A stretch of DNA of 64,000 bases from an uncultured Candidatus Saccharibacteria bacterium (GCA_964348785.1 CAYGDO010000003.1:57631-121630); one strand, 5' to 3'; shown: positions 37,639 to 47,514, counted from the first letter of the stretch. Numbers and translations are program-made. Notes: a model not told the origin generated them from the letters alone.

Positions 37639-37680
37639 ATCCGCATTTTATATTAAAAGAGAGTCGTTAGACAAATCAAT

Positions 37681-37692
37681 CCCGTTAGAAGC
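37681..37692 (+). repeat. Dispersed motif copy CCCGTTAGAAGC, with a degenerate copy GTCGTTAGACAA 15 nt upstream
   Basis: Seen in sequence. Confidence 0.5.
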
Positions 37693-37787
37693 CACGGACA
37701 CTGACTCTGGATTAAAAAACATTGTTAAAAAATAATTAAAATCTAAAAATATAGGGACGTAGATAATCTGTCCGTGTCCTGCTTTTA

Positions 37788-37828
37788 ACGGGATAAAAAA
37801 AGCCCCCCGCGATGCAAGCATCGCGAGG
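37788..37828 (-). terminator. Rho-independent terminator of the Gly/Tyr-rich protein gene
   Basis: CGCGATGC-ttg-CATCGCG followed by GGGGC and a T7 run on the minus strand. Confidence 0.55.
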
Positions 37829-37848
37829 GATTGAAATTCGCTTGGCGA

Positions 37849-38823
37849 CTAATGTCGCCTTCCTCCTCCACTTGGAGTGGACCCAGAGGACACCTGTCCT
37901 CCGTGATTCAAACCAGAAGAAACACTTCCCCCGATCGTCGCGCCACCACCCCAGGAGTAGGTGTTTTCACGGGTATACCCGACGTTGCTCGGATAAACGT
38001 TGAGGATGGCACCGCCACCCACGGAAAACCCTGAGGACGAGTACGACTGACTGCCATACCCGAAACCAGACCCTCTATGGCTGGACCGAGATTGTCCGCC
38101 ATAAACACCGCCCCCGGAATAGGCCTGACCTCCATAGGTCTGCCCGCCGTAAACACCACCACCAGAGTAAGCCTGACCTCCGTACACTCCGCCAGAGTAG
38201 GCTTGTCCACCATAAGTTCCTCCGGAGAAGGCCTGCCCTCCATAGGTACCGCCCGAAAAGACTTGGCCTCCGTAGGACTGGTAGCTTCCGTAGCCACCAT
38301 CACAGCAGGGTTGTGGATCACAACATTGCTGGACCACAACCACCTGCGGAGGTGGAGATGGGTCGGCGAGGTGACGAACAGCGCGGTAAGACTTTTGCCC
38401 TGTGGCATAATCCACCACTTCCGTAATGTAATTCGTCCCAATCACTTCATCCCGCGAGTTACGGACAAGCACCACTCGGTGCGTTTCCACTCGCGAGTCC
38501 CGATAATGAGGCGATCGAGGATCGGTCGGAAGAATTTCCTCATCCGGGACACCAACACCGCTGGCAAAAAGACCTTCCGCCATCCCCTCCTTACTAACTG
38601 GAATCATTCCCGTGGAAGTGGACACCTCATTAGTAGTTACAGAGGGAGAATTGGTTTCGACCATGATGACCACATTGGTCACGATCACGGTCACCGTATT
38701 GGTTACGACTGGAGGAGGGACCGACATTTCCACCTTCGCGACGACACCTGTCGTCCACAGCGTGGCCGGCATCGAGGAGACAGCGAAACCGAAAACCGAC
38801 AACAAAACGATTAGAGTTTTCAT
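37849..38823 (-). CDS. Secreted Gly/Tyr/Gln-rich low-complexity repeat protein with a Cys cluster (QQCCDPQPCCDGG), encoded in high-GC island 2
   Basis: Signal peptide MKTLIVLLSVFGFAVSS, then ~9 tandem YGGQ(A/V)(Y/F)SGG(T/V) repeats. GC is roughly 58%. The frame is supported by the in-frame signal peptide and by the repeat periodicity. Confidence 0.5.
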   Translation of the reverse strand: MKTLIVLLSVFGFAVSSMPATLWTTGVVAKVEMSVPPPVVTNTVTVIVTNVVIMVETNSPSVTTNEVSTSTGMIPVSKEGMAEGLFASGVGVPDEEILPTDPRSPHYRDSRVETHRVVLVRNSRDEVIGTNYITEVVDYATGQKSYRAVRHLADPSPPPQVVVVQQCCDPQPCCDGGYGSYQSYGGQVFSGGTYGGQAFSGGTYGGQAYSGGVYGGQAYSGGGVYGGQTYGGQAYSGGGVYGGQSRSSHRGSGFGYGSQSYSSSGFSVGGGAILNVYPSNVGYTRENTYSWGGGATIGGSVSSGLNHGGQVSSGSTPSGGGRRH

Positions 38824-38941
38824 TGAGTAGATGGGTTGAATTGTTTGAGAACAGCTACATTTAATTATATCATAAAAATAGATAAAGTCAAACAAGATAA
38901 ACGCCCTTTTTACAAAGCCAGATAAAGGTTAAAATAGTCCC

Positions 38942-40615
38942 ATGGTAACTTTTGATGAAGACAAATCGCGTTTAAAAATAGCTGAAATAAAGGAACAAGA
39001 AGAGGAAGGACTGCTCCGAGAAATGGCTGATAATTTAGGTTTGCCATTTACTACAGTTTTATCAAACGCCATAGAAATTGATGCCTTAAATTTTGTAAAA
39101 GAAGAAGAAGCCAGAAAAATCCAATGTATCCCCTTCAAACTAGATGGCAAGGTAATATCAATCGCAGCAAGATGGCCAGAAAATGAAGAATTTTTGAAAA
39201 TTGTAGAACGCATAAAAGCTATGGGCTACAGTGTTGAAATTAGCGTGACGTCAGAAAAAATTCTAGAACGTGCATTTGAAGCATACAAAAATCTGTCTTT
39301 GAGTATAGCCTCAAAAGCTGGAACAGTTGATATAACAGCAGAAGCTCTAAATGAATACGTAACAAAAGTAACTTCGGTTGCTGACATACAAAAAATCCTA
39401 GCTGAAAATAAAGAAAAAAAGTTTATAAACACTTCTCATACTTTAGAAATAATCTTAGCTGGTGCAATTTCCACCAAAGCTTCTGACATACATTTAGAAG
39501 CAGGAGAACAAGATGCGAGACTAAGATATAGATTGGACGGTATGCTCTATGACATTTTTTCTTTTGACCATAAAACATTCCATTCCATCTTGTCTCGTAT
39601 TAAATTGCTTTCCGGTCTGAAACTCAACATAAAAAGCGAGGCTCAAGACGGACGTTTTGCGATAGCAATCGGCGATGGAGCAATTGAAATCAGAACCTCT
39701 ATTGTGCCTGGCGGTTTTGGAGAATCTTCCGTTCTAAGAATATTGAATCCAAAATCAATATCCGTTCCTCTTGAAGATTTAGGTTTTAACAAAAAACTTC
39801 TTGGGATTATTTCTGACTTAATTTCACGCCCACAAGGTATGATTTTAACGACCGGTCCAACAGGAAGCGGAAAAACAACAACACTTTATGCTTGTCTAAA
39901 AAAAGTTTACGAACCATCACTTAAAATTTTAACTATTGAAGATCCTATAGAATACCGTTTGGGAGGTATCGTCCAAACGCAAGTTGATGAGAAAAAAGGT
40001 TACGGTTTTATGCTTGGTTTACGCTCAGCTCTTAGACAAGACCCAGACATAATAATGGTCGGAGAAATAAGAGATGAAGAAACTGCACGAACAGCAATTG
40101 ATGCCGCCTTAACCGGCCACTTAGTCTTTTCCACTCTTCATACAAATAACGCCGCTGGTGCCTTCACTCGTCTTATTGATTTAAAAGTAAATCCAAAAGT
40201 CATAACCTCTGCCCTATCAGCATCTCTGGCCCAAAGACTTATAAGAAAACTTTGTCCAAACTGTAGAAAAGAAGTCACGTTAGAAGGTAAAGATAAAGAG
40301 TCTATAGAAAAAATTGTTGCAGGAATGCCATACAAAGATGAAATCACAAATACTACTAAAATGTGGGTGCCTGCTGGTTGCGAAAAATGTTCTGGCATTG
40401 GTTACAAAGGCAGAATCGGAGTTTATGAAGCAATTCTTTCAAGCGGTGAAATTGAAAAAGTGGTTGAAGCCAATCCAAGTGAAAGAGAAATCCAAAAAGT
40501 GGCCCGCGCGCAAGGCATATACAACATGGCAGAAGATGGGGTAGCAAAAGTCTTACAAGGAATTACATCTTTAGACGAACTAAAACGCGTTGTCGATATT
40601 GAAAACACAAATTAA
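38942..40615 (+). CDS. pilB: Type IV pilus/type II secretion assembly ATPase (PilB/GspE family)
   Basis: N-terminal GSPII_E_N-like domain; Walker A GPTGSGKTTTLYA; Asp box; Walker B IMVGEIRD; His box; a C-terminal tetracysteine. Confidence 0.85.
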   Translation: MVTFDEDKSRLKIAEIKEQEEEGLLREMADNLGLPFTTVLSNAIEIDALNFVKEEEARKIQCIPFKLDGKVISIAARWPENEEFLKIVERIKAMGYSVEISVTSEKILERAFEAYKNLSLSIASKAGTVDITAEALNEYVTKVTSVADIQKILAENKEKKFINTSHTLEIILAGAISTKASDIHLEAGEQDARLRYRLDGMLYDIFSFDHKTFHSILSRIKLLSGLKLNIKSEAQDGRFAIAIGDGAIEIRTSIVPGGFGESSVLRILNPKSISVPLEDLGFNKKLLGIISDLISRPQGMILTTGPTGSGKTTTLYACLKKVYEPSLKILTIEDPIEYRLGGIVQTQVDEKKGYGFMLGLRSALRQDPDIIMVGEIRDEETARTAIDAALTGHLVFSTLHTNNAAGAFTRLIDLKVNPKVITSALSASLAQRLIRKLCPNCRKEVTLEGKDKESIEKIVAGMPYKDEITNTTKMWVPAGCEKCSGIGYKGRIGVYEAILSSGEIEKVVEANPSEREIQKVARAQGIYNMAEDGVAKVLQGITSLDELKRVVDIENTN

Positions 40616-40906
40616 ACCTCGTTAGAAGCTAACAGAGCACAAAATATTAAAACAATCAGAACCATAGTGTGTTTATGGTATTGATTGACTAGCAAAATAC
40701 TAATTTTAGTTAAAAAATTCACTAAGTTTCCTCCAAACCACATCAAACATCAGATAAAACGCACACTCAATAATATGTTGCAACTTGCTTCTAACGGGGT
40801 AAAGCTGTTGTAGTTTATCTCTTTCTTTCCAAATCAAAAAAAGGGGCTTGTAAATATTGCCTCTTTCGTAAAAAAGTTAAAATGGTCATAGAGATCATAT
40901 AAATCA

Positions 40907-41066
40907 AAAGCACGAACCTCTAAGCAACACTTTTAATTATGGGAATCAAAAGTATGACTGCAACACTAAGGAGAAACTCAGCAGAGTCACGTAAAGTGCA
41001 AAACCAAGTTTTCCTCGCAGAAGCATCAATTGGCGTAAGCCTTCATTGCTTAGAGGTTCGTGCTTT
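40907..41066. mobile_element. MITE-like element: perfect 21-bp terminal inverted repeats AAAGCACGAACCTCTAAGCAA (40907-40927) and TTGCTTAGAGGTTCGTGCTTT (41046-41066) flanking a 118-bp core
   Basis: Seen in sequence. No transposase lies within it. Overlapping ORF 40946..41227 is probably spurious. Confidence 0.5.
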
Positions 41067-41258
41067 CGGATAAACCTACAAACACATAAAAATGTGAAGA
41101 TCGCTACATTAGGCAGGTATGATAACACCAAATGCCTTACAACAAGTAGCATATCACAAATCAATTGTAATGTCAATAAGACACCTTTAAACCCCTTGAT
41201 TTTGAAAGTGTATTTAAACTGCACCAAAAAAAATAATCTGTAGTGATATAATCTAAAT

Positions 41259-42284
41259 ATGTCGATAAAAAAAGAAAAAACTGAAGAGAAAAAACCTCAA
41301 GAAGAGACTTTTTTAGACCAAACCCTACGACCTTCAGAGTGGGACGAGTATATTGGTCAACAAAACATTAAAGAAAATCTAAAAATCTTGCTTCAAGCTG
41401 CCAAAGAAAGAAAACACCCTCCAGAACATATCCTTTTCTATGGCCCACCAGGCCTTGGCAAGACAACCTTGGCTCATTTAATAGCCAGAGAGACTGGTTC
41501 GCAAATGAAAATTACATCAGGGCCAGCAATTGAGAAAGTTGGAGACCTTGCTTCTATACTAACCAACCTTTCACCTGGAGATATTTTGTTTGTAGATGAA
41601 ATCCATCGACTAAATAAATCCGTTGAGGAAATTCTATACCCGGCCATGGAATCCGGGGTTCTTGATATCATTATTGGCAAAGGTCCGTCGGCCCGAACTA
41701 TTCAGCTTGATTTGCCTCCGTTTACACTTCTCGCCGCAACAACCAAAATTGCCATGCTCTCCTCCCCTCTTCGCTCAAGATTTTCCGGTGGAGTCTTCCG
41801 ACTAGAATTTTATAAAGAAGAAGAGATTGGAAAAATTATTGATCGATCATCAAAAATTCTTGGTGTAGAAATGAAAGCCGACGCTATAAAAGAAATTGCT
41901 AAAAGAAGTCGCTTTACGCCAAGAACTGCCAACTACCTACTAAAAAGATGTAGAGATTTTGTCCAAATTAAAAAAGAAAAAATGAGTAAAGAGATGGTAG
42001 AAAGTGCTTTATCATTACTTGGTATAGATGAAGAAGGACTAAACAGCGCAGACCGCAATCTTCTCGAAGTAATGATTGAAAAATTCGGCGGTGGACCTGT
42101 TGGTTTAAATACTCTTTCGGCGGCACTCTCCGAAGATCAATCCACAATTGAAGATGTTCATGAACCATATCTCTTGCAACTTGGTTTTATTGAAAGAACT
42201 CCTAAAGGAAGATCCGCCACCACAAAAGCGTACGAACACATTAAAGTGAAAGGAAAAAACAAAAACCAAGAAAAATTACTGTAA
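41259..42284 (+). CDS. ruvB: Holliday junction DNA helicase RuvB
   Basis: Walker A GPPGLGKTTLA, Walker B ILFVDEIHRL, sensor motifs and the RuvB C-terminal winged helix. Confidence 0.9.
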   Translation: MSIKKEKTEEKKPQEETFLDQTLRPSEWDEYIGQQNIKENLKILLQAAKERKHPPEHILFYGPPGLGKTTLAHLIARETGSQMKITSGPAIEKVGDLASILTNLSPGDILFVDEIHRLNKSVEEILYPAMESGVLDIIIGKGPSARTIQLDLPPFTLLAATTKIAMLSSPLRSRFSGGVFRLEFYKEEEIGKIIDRSSKILGVEMKADAIKEIAKRSRFTPRTANYLLKRCRDFVQIKKEKMSKEMVESALSLLGIDEEGLNSADRNLLEVMIEKFGGGPVGLNTLSAALSEDQSTIEDVHEPYLLQLGFIERTPKGRSATTKAYEHIKVKGKNKNQEKLL

Positions 42285-42367
42285 AATTTAATCTTTATTT
42301 TAGAGATAAAAAATTGCCTTTTTCATCCTTTCTCCTATACTAACAACTATTAACTAACAACTAATTT

Positions 42368-42898
42368 ATGTCAGGACATAATAAATGGAGTCAGATAAAA
42401 GAAAAAAAGGGCAAAACTGATGCCTATAAAAGTAAAATTTTTGGCAGGTTAGCGAGACTAATAACCGTTGAAACCAAAAAAGCGGCGGGCAACAAAGAAG
42501 CCCCAGGACTTAAATCGGCCGTTGAAAAAGCTCGTGCCGAAAATATGCCAAACGACAACATTGAAAGAGCTATTAAAAAAGCCAGCGATGCCTCAAGTTC
42601 AAGTTTAGAAAATATTACTTACGAAGCTTATGGTCCAGGTGGTGTAGCTATTATCATTGAGGCCCTTACTGACAATAAAAACAAAGCTGTCCAAGAAATT
42701 AAAACTGTTCTGGCTAAAAATGGCACATCTCTCTCTTCCCCAGGAAGTGCTATGTGGGCTTTCAAAAAAACTGGAAATGTTTTTGAACCAGTAACAACCA
42801 CTAAAGTTGAAGAAAATGATGCACCAGCTTTAGAAAAATTAATTGATGAGCTTGATAACTGCGATGAGGTGCAAGAGGTGTTCACAAATGCGGAATAA
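42368..42898 (+). CDS. yebC: YebC/PmpR-family transcriptional regulator (short form)
   Basis: MSGHNKWSQIKEKKGKTDAYKSKIFGRLAR…, the YebC N-terminus, and a C-terminal …CDEVQEVFTN. Confidence 0.7.
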   Translation: MSGHNKWSQIKEKKGKTDAYKSKIFGRLARLITVETKKAAGNKEAPGLKSAVEKARAENMPNDNIERAIKKASDASSSSLENITYEAYGPGGVAIIIEALTDNKNKAVQEIKTVLAKNGTSLSSPGSAMWAFKKTGNVFEPVTTTKVEENDAPALEKLIDELDNCDEVQEVFTNAE

Positions 42899-43000
42899 AG
42901 TTCGTAAAAATCTTAATATCTAATTCCTAATTTCTAATAAAATTCCAAATGCTTGAATTTAGAAATTAAATATTAGAACTTAGAAATTACTTCCATTCAT

Positions 43001-43495
43001 ATGAAAATTCTCGGAATCGATCCTGGATATGAACGTGTGGGGCTCGCCATAGTTGAAAAAGGCCTTAAAAAAGACAAAGTGCTTTTTTCTATGTGTTTTA
43101 TTACCAAAAGAGAGGATGACCACGAAGTAAGGTTATTAAACATAAAAAAATGTGTCACAAAAGTAATTAAAAAATGGCAACCAGAAAAAATGGCCATAGA
43201 AAAATTATTTTTTAATGAAAATCAAAAAACGGCCCTAAAAGTGGCGGAAGCAAGAGGTGTCATTATCACAGAAGCTGCAGAAAACAACTTAGACGTTTTA
43301 GAAATTGGTCCATTAGAGGTAAAAATGGCCATTACTGGATATGGAAGAAGTGATAAAAGACAAATAAAGTTGATGTTGGACAAGATTGCTGATATAAGTA
43401 CTAAAATAAAATACGATGATGAATATGACGCCATAGGCATAGGGATAGCGGGACTCGCCATAGGAAATAATTTAAAAAAGTTATTCACAGCCTAG
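43001..43495 (+). CDS. ruvC: Crossover junction endodeoxyribonuclease RuvC
   Basis: MKILGIDPGYERVGLAIVE (catalytic Asp) and …YDAIGIGIAGL. Confidence 0.85.
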   Translation: MKILGIDPGYERVGLAIVEKGLKKDKVLFSMCFITKREDDHEVRLLNIKKCVTKVIKKWQPEKMAIEKLFFNENQKTALKVAEARGVIITEAAENNLDVLEIGPLEVKMAITGYGRSDKRQIKLMLDKIADISTKIKYDDEYDAIGIGIAGLAIGNNLKKLFTA

Positions 43496-43568
43496 GGTTA
43501 TTTTCAAAAAGTTTTTTATTTGGTAGAAATAGACTAGCCAAACGGCTCATTATAAATATATTTCAAAT

Positions 43569-43691
43569 ATGAACGTTTACGATGACGAAGAATTAGAAAA
43601 AAAAGAAGATGAAGCGGTAAACATAGAAGAAAGTGAGGAAGACGATGGAGAGATAGTGGAAGAAAGCTTTGACGATACGTACTCAATATAG
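43569..43691 (+). CDS. Small highly acidic protein (40 aa, hypothetical)
   Basis: MNVYDDEELEKKEDEAVNIEESEEDDGEIVEESFDDTYSI, followed by a strong terminator. Not in the ORF track because it is under 60 aa. Confidence 0.25.
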   Translation: MNVYDDEELEKKEDEAVNIEESEEDDGEIVEESFDDTYSI

Positions 43692-43692
43692 A

Positions 43693-43716
43693 AAAACCCC
43701 GCTATGCGGGGTTTTT
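43693..43716. terminator. Bidirectional terminator between the small acidic ORF and tyrS
   Basis: aaaaaCCCCGCtatGCGGGGttttt. Confidence 0.65.
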
Positions 43717-43718
43717 CT

Positions 43719-44906
43719 TTAAGAAACTTTTATATTCATAAACTTATGTTTACCTACCTTAACCACCAGGTTTTTTTCAATTTTAAAATGAAAATCTTCC
43801 ACTTTCTCCCCGTCCGGCAAAACACTTACAGCCCCTTCATCAATCAATCTTTTAAACTCAGCTTTTGAAGATAAAATCTTATTATTTAAAACCAACTCCA
43901 TAAGTTCCTCGCCTTTCTTTACAAACACCTCAGGTAAATCTTCAGGTATTTCTTTCTTGGAAAAAGTGTTTTCAAAATTTTCTAAAGCTTTCTTAGCGAG
44001 CTCTTCTCCGTGATAAAGAGAAACAATATTTTTAGCAAGTTCTAGTTTTAAATTTTTTGGGTTTGCACCATTATCCATTTCTTTTTTTATTGATTCTATA
44101 TACCCAACCGTAGCATCAGTACACAAAAGAAAATATTTTGCTATGAGCTCATCTTTAATAGACATAATCTTTCCGAACATATCGTTTGGTTCATCAGTAA
44201 TATTCACCACATTCCCCCAACTTGTACTCATCTTTCTGCCGTCTGTCCCTTCAAGCATTGAACAAGTAAGGACATCTTGCACTTCCATACCATAATATTT
44301 CTGAATAACCCTACCTGCCTTCACATTAAAAAGCTGATCGAATCCTCCAATTTCAACATCAGCTTTAATGGCCACAGAATCGTAACCTTGCATAATTGGA
44401 TATAAAAACTCCCTAATAGAAATGTCCTGACCTTTTTCATATCTTTCTGAAAAATTCCTACGAGCCAACATTTGCTGAACAGAAAAAGATTCCGCAAGTT
44501 TTCCTATTTCCTTAAAATTTAGCTTGGAAAGCCAAGAGCTGTTAAATACCACCTCAGCTTTTTCCGTATCTATAATTTTTCCTATAATTTTTATATAATT
44601 TTTAAGATTTTTCTCAACAGTGCTCTCATCAAGCATTGGTCGTTTTTCTGACTTATCAGATGAGTCACCAATTAAAGCAGTAAAATCCCCTACCACGAGC
44701 ACAATTTGATGTCCTAATTCCTGAAATCTTTTTAATTTTCTTAGCACGCTCGCTCTACCAAGGTGAATAGTGTCCCCGGTTGGATCAATGCCCAATTTTA
44801 TCCTCAATGTTTTTTCTGACTTCAATTTTGTCTCCAGATTTTCTTTAACAAAAACATCCTCCACCCCCCTGGTGAGAACATCATAAATTAATTCTTTTTT
44901 TTCCAT
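43719..44906 (-). CDS. tyrS: Tyrosine--tRNA ligase
   Basis: Class I HIGH region (GIDPTGDTIHLGRAS), a KMSTS-like KMSTSWG, and a C-terminal S4-like domain. Confidence 0.85.
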   Translation of the reverse strand: MEKKELIYDVLTRGVEDVFVKENLETKLKSEKTLRIKLGIDPTGDTIHLGRASVLRKLKRFQELGHQIVLVVGDFTALIGDSSDKSEKRPMLDESTVEKNLKNYIKIIGKIIDTEKAEVVFNSSWLSKLNFKEIGKLAESFSVQQMLARRNFSERYEKGQDISIREFLYPIMQGYDSVAIKADVEIGGFDQLFNVKAGRVIQKYYGMEVQDVLTCSMLEGTDGRKMSTSWGNVVNITDEPNDMFGKIMSIKDELIAKYFLLCTDATVGYIESIKKEMDNGANPKNLKLELAKNIVSLYHGEELAKKALENFENTFSKKEIPEDLPEVFVKKGEELMELVLNNKILSSKAEFKRLIDEGAVSVLPDGEKVEDFHFKIEKNLVVKVGKHKFMNIKVS

Positions 44907-44973
44907 TAATAAAATTTAACACAACCTCTCCATTTTGTCCCTAAACATTTAGGTTTTGTGATAATATTTCATA

Positions 44974-47514
44974 ATGTTAAAAAGAGTAAAACATCATATT
45001 CACCATATTAAAAAACACAAGAAACATTGGTTTATATACTCAATTTCAATTGTTCTTCTTAGTATATCTTTTTTTATGTTGTGGATTGCTTCTTTCAAAT
45101 TACCCGATTTAAGCTCATTTGAGGGAAGGGTTGTCTCTCAATCCACAAAAATTTTTGATAGAACAGGTCAAATATTGCTTTATGATGTACACAAAAATAC
45201 AAAAAGGACACTTGTTACCAGTAAGGAAATATCAAGATACCTAAAAGACGCCACCGTCGCCATAGAAGATGCTGATTTTTATGAACATAAAGGAGTAAAG
45301 CCGTCTTCTTTCATAAGGGCGGTGTTCGCCAACTTAATGTCAGTAAGCTACAGCCAAGGCGGATCAACAATAACTCAACAAGTAATAAAAAACACAATTT
45401 TAACTACAGAAAAAAGTATTGCCAGAAAACTAAAAGAATGGATACTGGCCATAAAACTTGAAAAAGTAAAAACAAAAGATGAAATATTAACAATTTATTT
45501 AAATGAATCGCCTTACGGAGGGAGTATTTATGGCATTGAAGAAGCTTCAAAAATTTTTTTTGGTAAAAAAGCCTCTGATCTAACCCTCGCTGAATCAGCT
45601 TATTTGGCCGCCCTCCCAAATGCTCCGACCAGATTTTCACCTTATGGAAATAACCGCGAAGCGCTAGAAAATAGAAAAAATTTGGTTTTAGAAAAAATGT
45701 ATGAAAAAAATTTCATAACCATTAAACAAAAACTTGATGCTGAAAAAGATGAGGTGACATTTTTACCAAATAACAACTTAAACATTAAAGCCCCCCACTT
45801 TGTGATGTATGTAAAAGAGTGGCTTGAGGAAAAATATGGAACTGAAGCTGTAGAATCTAAAGGTTTAAGAATTATTACCAGCTTAGATTATGACTTGCAA
45901 GAAAAAGCAGAAAACATTGTTGCCAAATTCTCAAAAGAGAACTTAGAAAAATATAACGCCTCCAACGGCGCCATGGTAGCAACGGACGCGCATAACGGAG
46001 AAATATTGGTAATGGTTGGTTCAAAAGATTACTTCGCAAAAGATATAGATGGAAATTTCAATATCGCCACGGCTTTCAGACAACCAGGTTCATCTTTTAA
46101 ACCTTTTGTGTATGCAGCTTCATTTGAAAAAGGTTACACACCCGAAACAGTTTTGTTTGATTTAAAAACTGAATTTTCCAGCTCATGCAAACCTGATGGT
46201 AAACCAATCATAGAAGGTGAAGAAGATAAATGTTATTCACCGGAAAATTATGATGATAAATTTAGAGGACCAATAAGCTTAAGAGACGCCTTGGCACAAT
46301 CAATAAACATACCGGCTATAAAAATTTTGTACCTAACAGGTATAAAAAATGCCATTGCTCTAGCTAATAACATGGGCATAGCAAGCATAGACGACCCAGA
46401 TAGATATGGACTCACTTTAGTTTTAGGTGGTGGAGAAGTAAGTTTATTAGAACTTACAAATGCCTACAGCGTATTTGCTAACAATGGTGTAAAAAACGAA
46501 CCTAGGCCGGTTTTGAAAGTTGAGGATAGCGATGGAAATGTTATTGAATCATTTACAGAAAATAACAGAAAGAGGGTTTTAAGCGAAGAATCTTCATTGG
46601 CCATTACAAGCATTTTGAGTGACAATAACGCGCGATCACCGTCTTATGGCTACAACTCCCCTCTTCACTTCCCAGGACACGATGTAGTGGCAAAAACGGG
46701 CACTACAAACGATTATAGAGATGCATGGATTATGGGTTACACACCAAGCGTGTCGCTTGGCGCATGGGTTGGCAACAATGACAACTCCCCTATGGAAAAA
46801 AAGGTGGCCGGTTTTATCGTGGCACCAATGTGGAATGCTTTTATGCAAGAGATTTTAAAAAAATATCCTGACGAAAAATTTAAAACCTATTATCCAACAT
46901 ATGGCAGTAACATAAAACCAGTTTTAAGGGGCATTTGGCAAGGTGGAGAAAATTATTTTATAGATTCTAGAAACGGGACTCTGGCCAGTGACTCAACTCC
47001 GGAACAATTTAGAGAAGAAAGGGTTTACCCCGCAGTACACAGCATTTTGTATTGGTTAAATAAAGATGACCCAAATGGAATCAAGCCAATTAACCCCCAA
47101 AATGATTCTCAATTTGAACTTTGGGAAGAGCCTATCAAAAAATGGTTAGAAAGTAACCCCATTAAAATGGAGGTAGCTCCCCCCGTTACCACCCCAAACA
47201 ACCCACCAGTTATAAATACACAAACAGTGAATGAAAAACCGACGATGCAAATAATTTCCCCGAGTCAAACAATAAAACACTCCACGACATCACCAATAAA
47301 AGTTAGTGTGCTCTTAAAAAACTTTAATGCATCAAGAATGGTTTTTTATCTAAATGGCCAACTAATAGGTTCAACAAACACAAAACCTTTTGATTTCTCT
47401 TTTGTGATGAAAGACTACGGGGATCCGCTTCTTTATAACAACATAAGAATCGTTGCTTATGGATTTTTAGGCGAAAAAGTAGAAGCCAGCACATCATTTT
47501 TGGTCTCAAAATAG
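44974..47514 (+). CDS. Class A penicillin-binding protein (glycosyltransferase plus transpeptidase) with a C-terminal extension
   Basis: GT51 motifs (EDADFYEHKGV, GGSTITQQ), TP motifs (SSFKPF, SxN, KTGT) and an ~130-aa C-terminal Ig-like extension. Confidence 0.85.
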   Translation: MLKRVKHHIHHIKKHKKHWFIYSISIVLLSISFFMLWIASFKLPDLSSFEGRVVSQSTKIFDRTGQILLYDVHKNTKRTLVTSKEISRYLKDATVAIEDADFYEHKGVKPSSFIRAVFANLMSVSYSQGGSTITQQVIKNTILTTEKSIARKLKEWILAIKLEKVKTKDEILTIYLNESPYGGSIYGIEEASKIFFGKKASDLTLAESAYLAALPNAPTRFSPYGNNREALENRKNLVLEKMYEKNFITIKQKLDAEKDEVTFLPNNNLNIKAPHFVMYVKEWLEEKYGTEAVESKGLRIITSLDYDLQEKAENIVAKFSKENLEKYNASNGAMVATDAHNGEILVMVGSKDYFAKDIDGNFNIATAFRQPGSSFKPFVYAASFEKGYTPETVLFDLKTEFSSSCKPDGKPIIEGEEDKCYSPENYDDKFRGPISLRDALAQSINIPAIKILYLTGIKNAIALANNMGIASIDDPDRYGLTLVLGGGEVSLLELTNAYSVFANNGVKNEPRPVLKVEDSDGNVIESFTENNRKRVLSEESSLAITSILSDNNARSPSYGYNSPLHFPGHDVVAKTGTTNDYRDAWIMGYTPSVSLGAWVGNNDNSPMEKKVAGFIVAPMWNAFMQEILKKYPDEKFKTYYPTYGSNIKPVLRGIWQGGENYFIDSRNGTLASDSTPEQFREERVYPAVHSILYWLNKDDPNGIKPINPQNDSQFELWEEPIKKWLESNPIKMEVAPPVTTPNNPPVINTQTVNEKPTMQIISPSQTIKHSTTSPIKVSVLLKNFNASRMVFYLNGQLIGSTNTKPFDFSFVMKDYGDPLLYNNIRIVAYGFLGEKVEASTSFLVSK

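Noticed and set aside
37908-38814. Alternative long ORFs in GC island 2 (37908..38441 minus, 38077..38814 plus)
   Set aside because: Long ORFs in several frames are expected by chance in 58% GC DNA. Only the 37849..38823 frame has an in-frame signal peptide, a start context and periodic repeats.
40946-41227. 93-aa minus-strand ORF in the pilB-ruvB spacer
   Set aside because: It runs through both arms of the 21-bp inverted-repeat element and has no start context or motif, so it is probably spurious.
42900-43000. Cluster of TTAGAAAT/ATTTCTAA words upstream of ruvC as a LexA/SOS box
   Set aside because: The words do not match known LexA consensus sequences (CGAACnnnnGTTCG or GAAC-type). The AT-rich low-complexity context makes chance repeats likely, so it is noted only as a possible promoter-region repeat.
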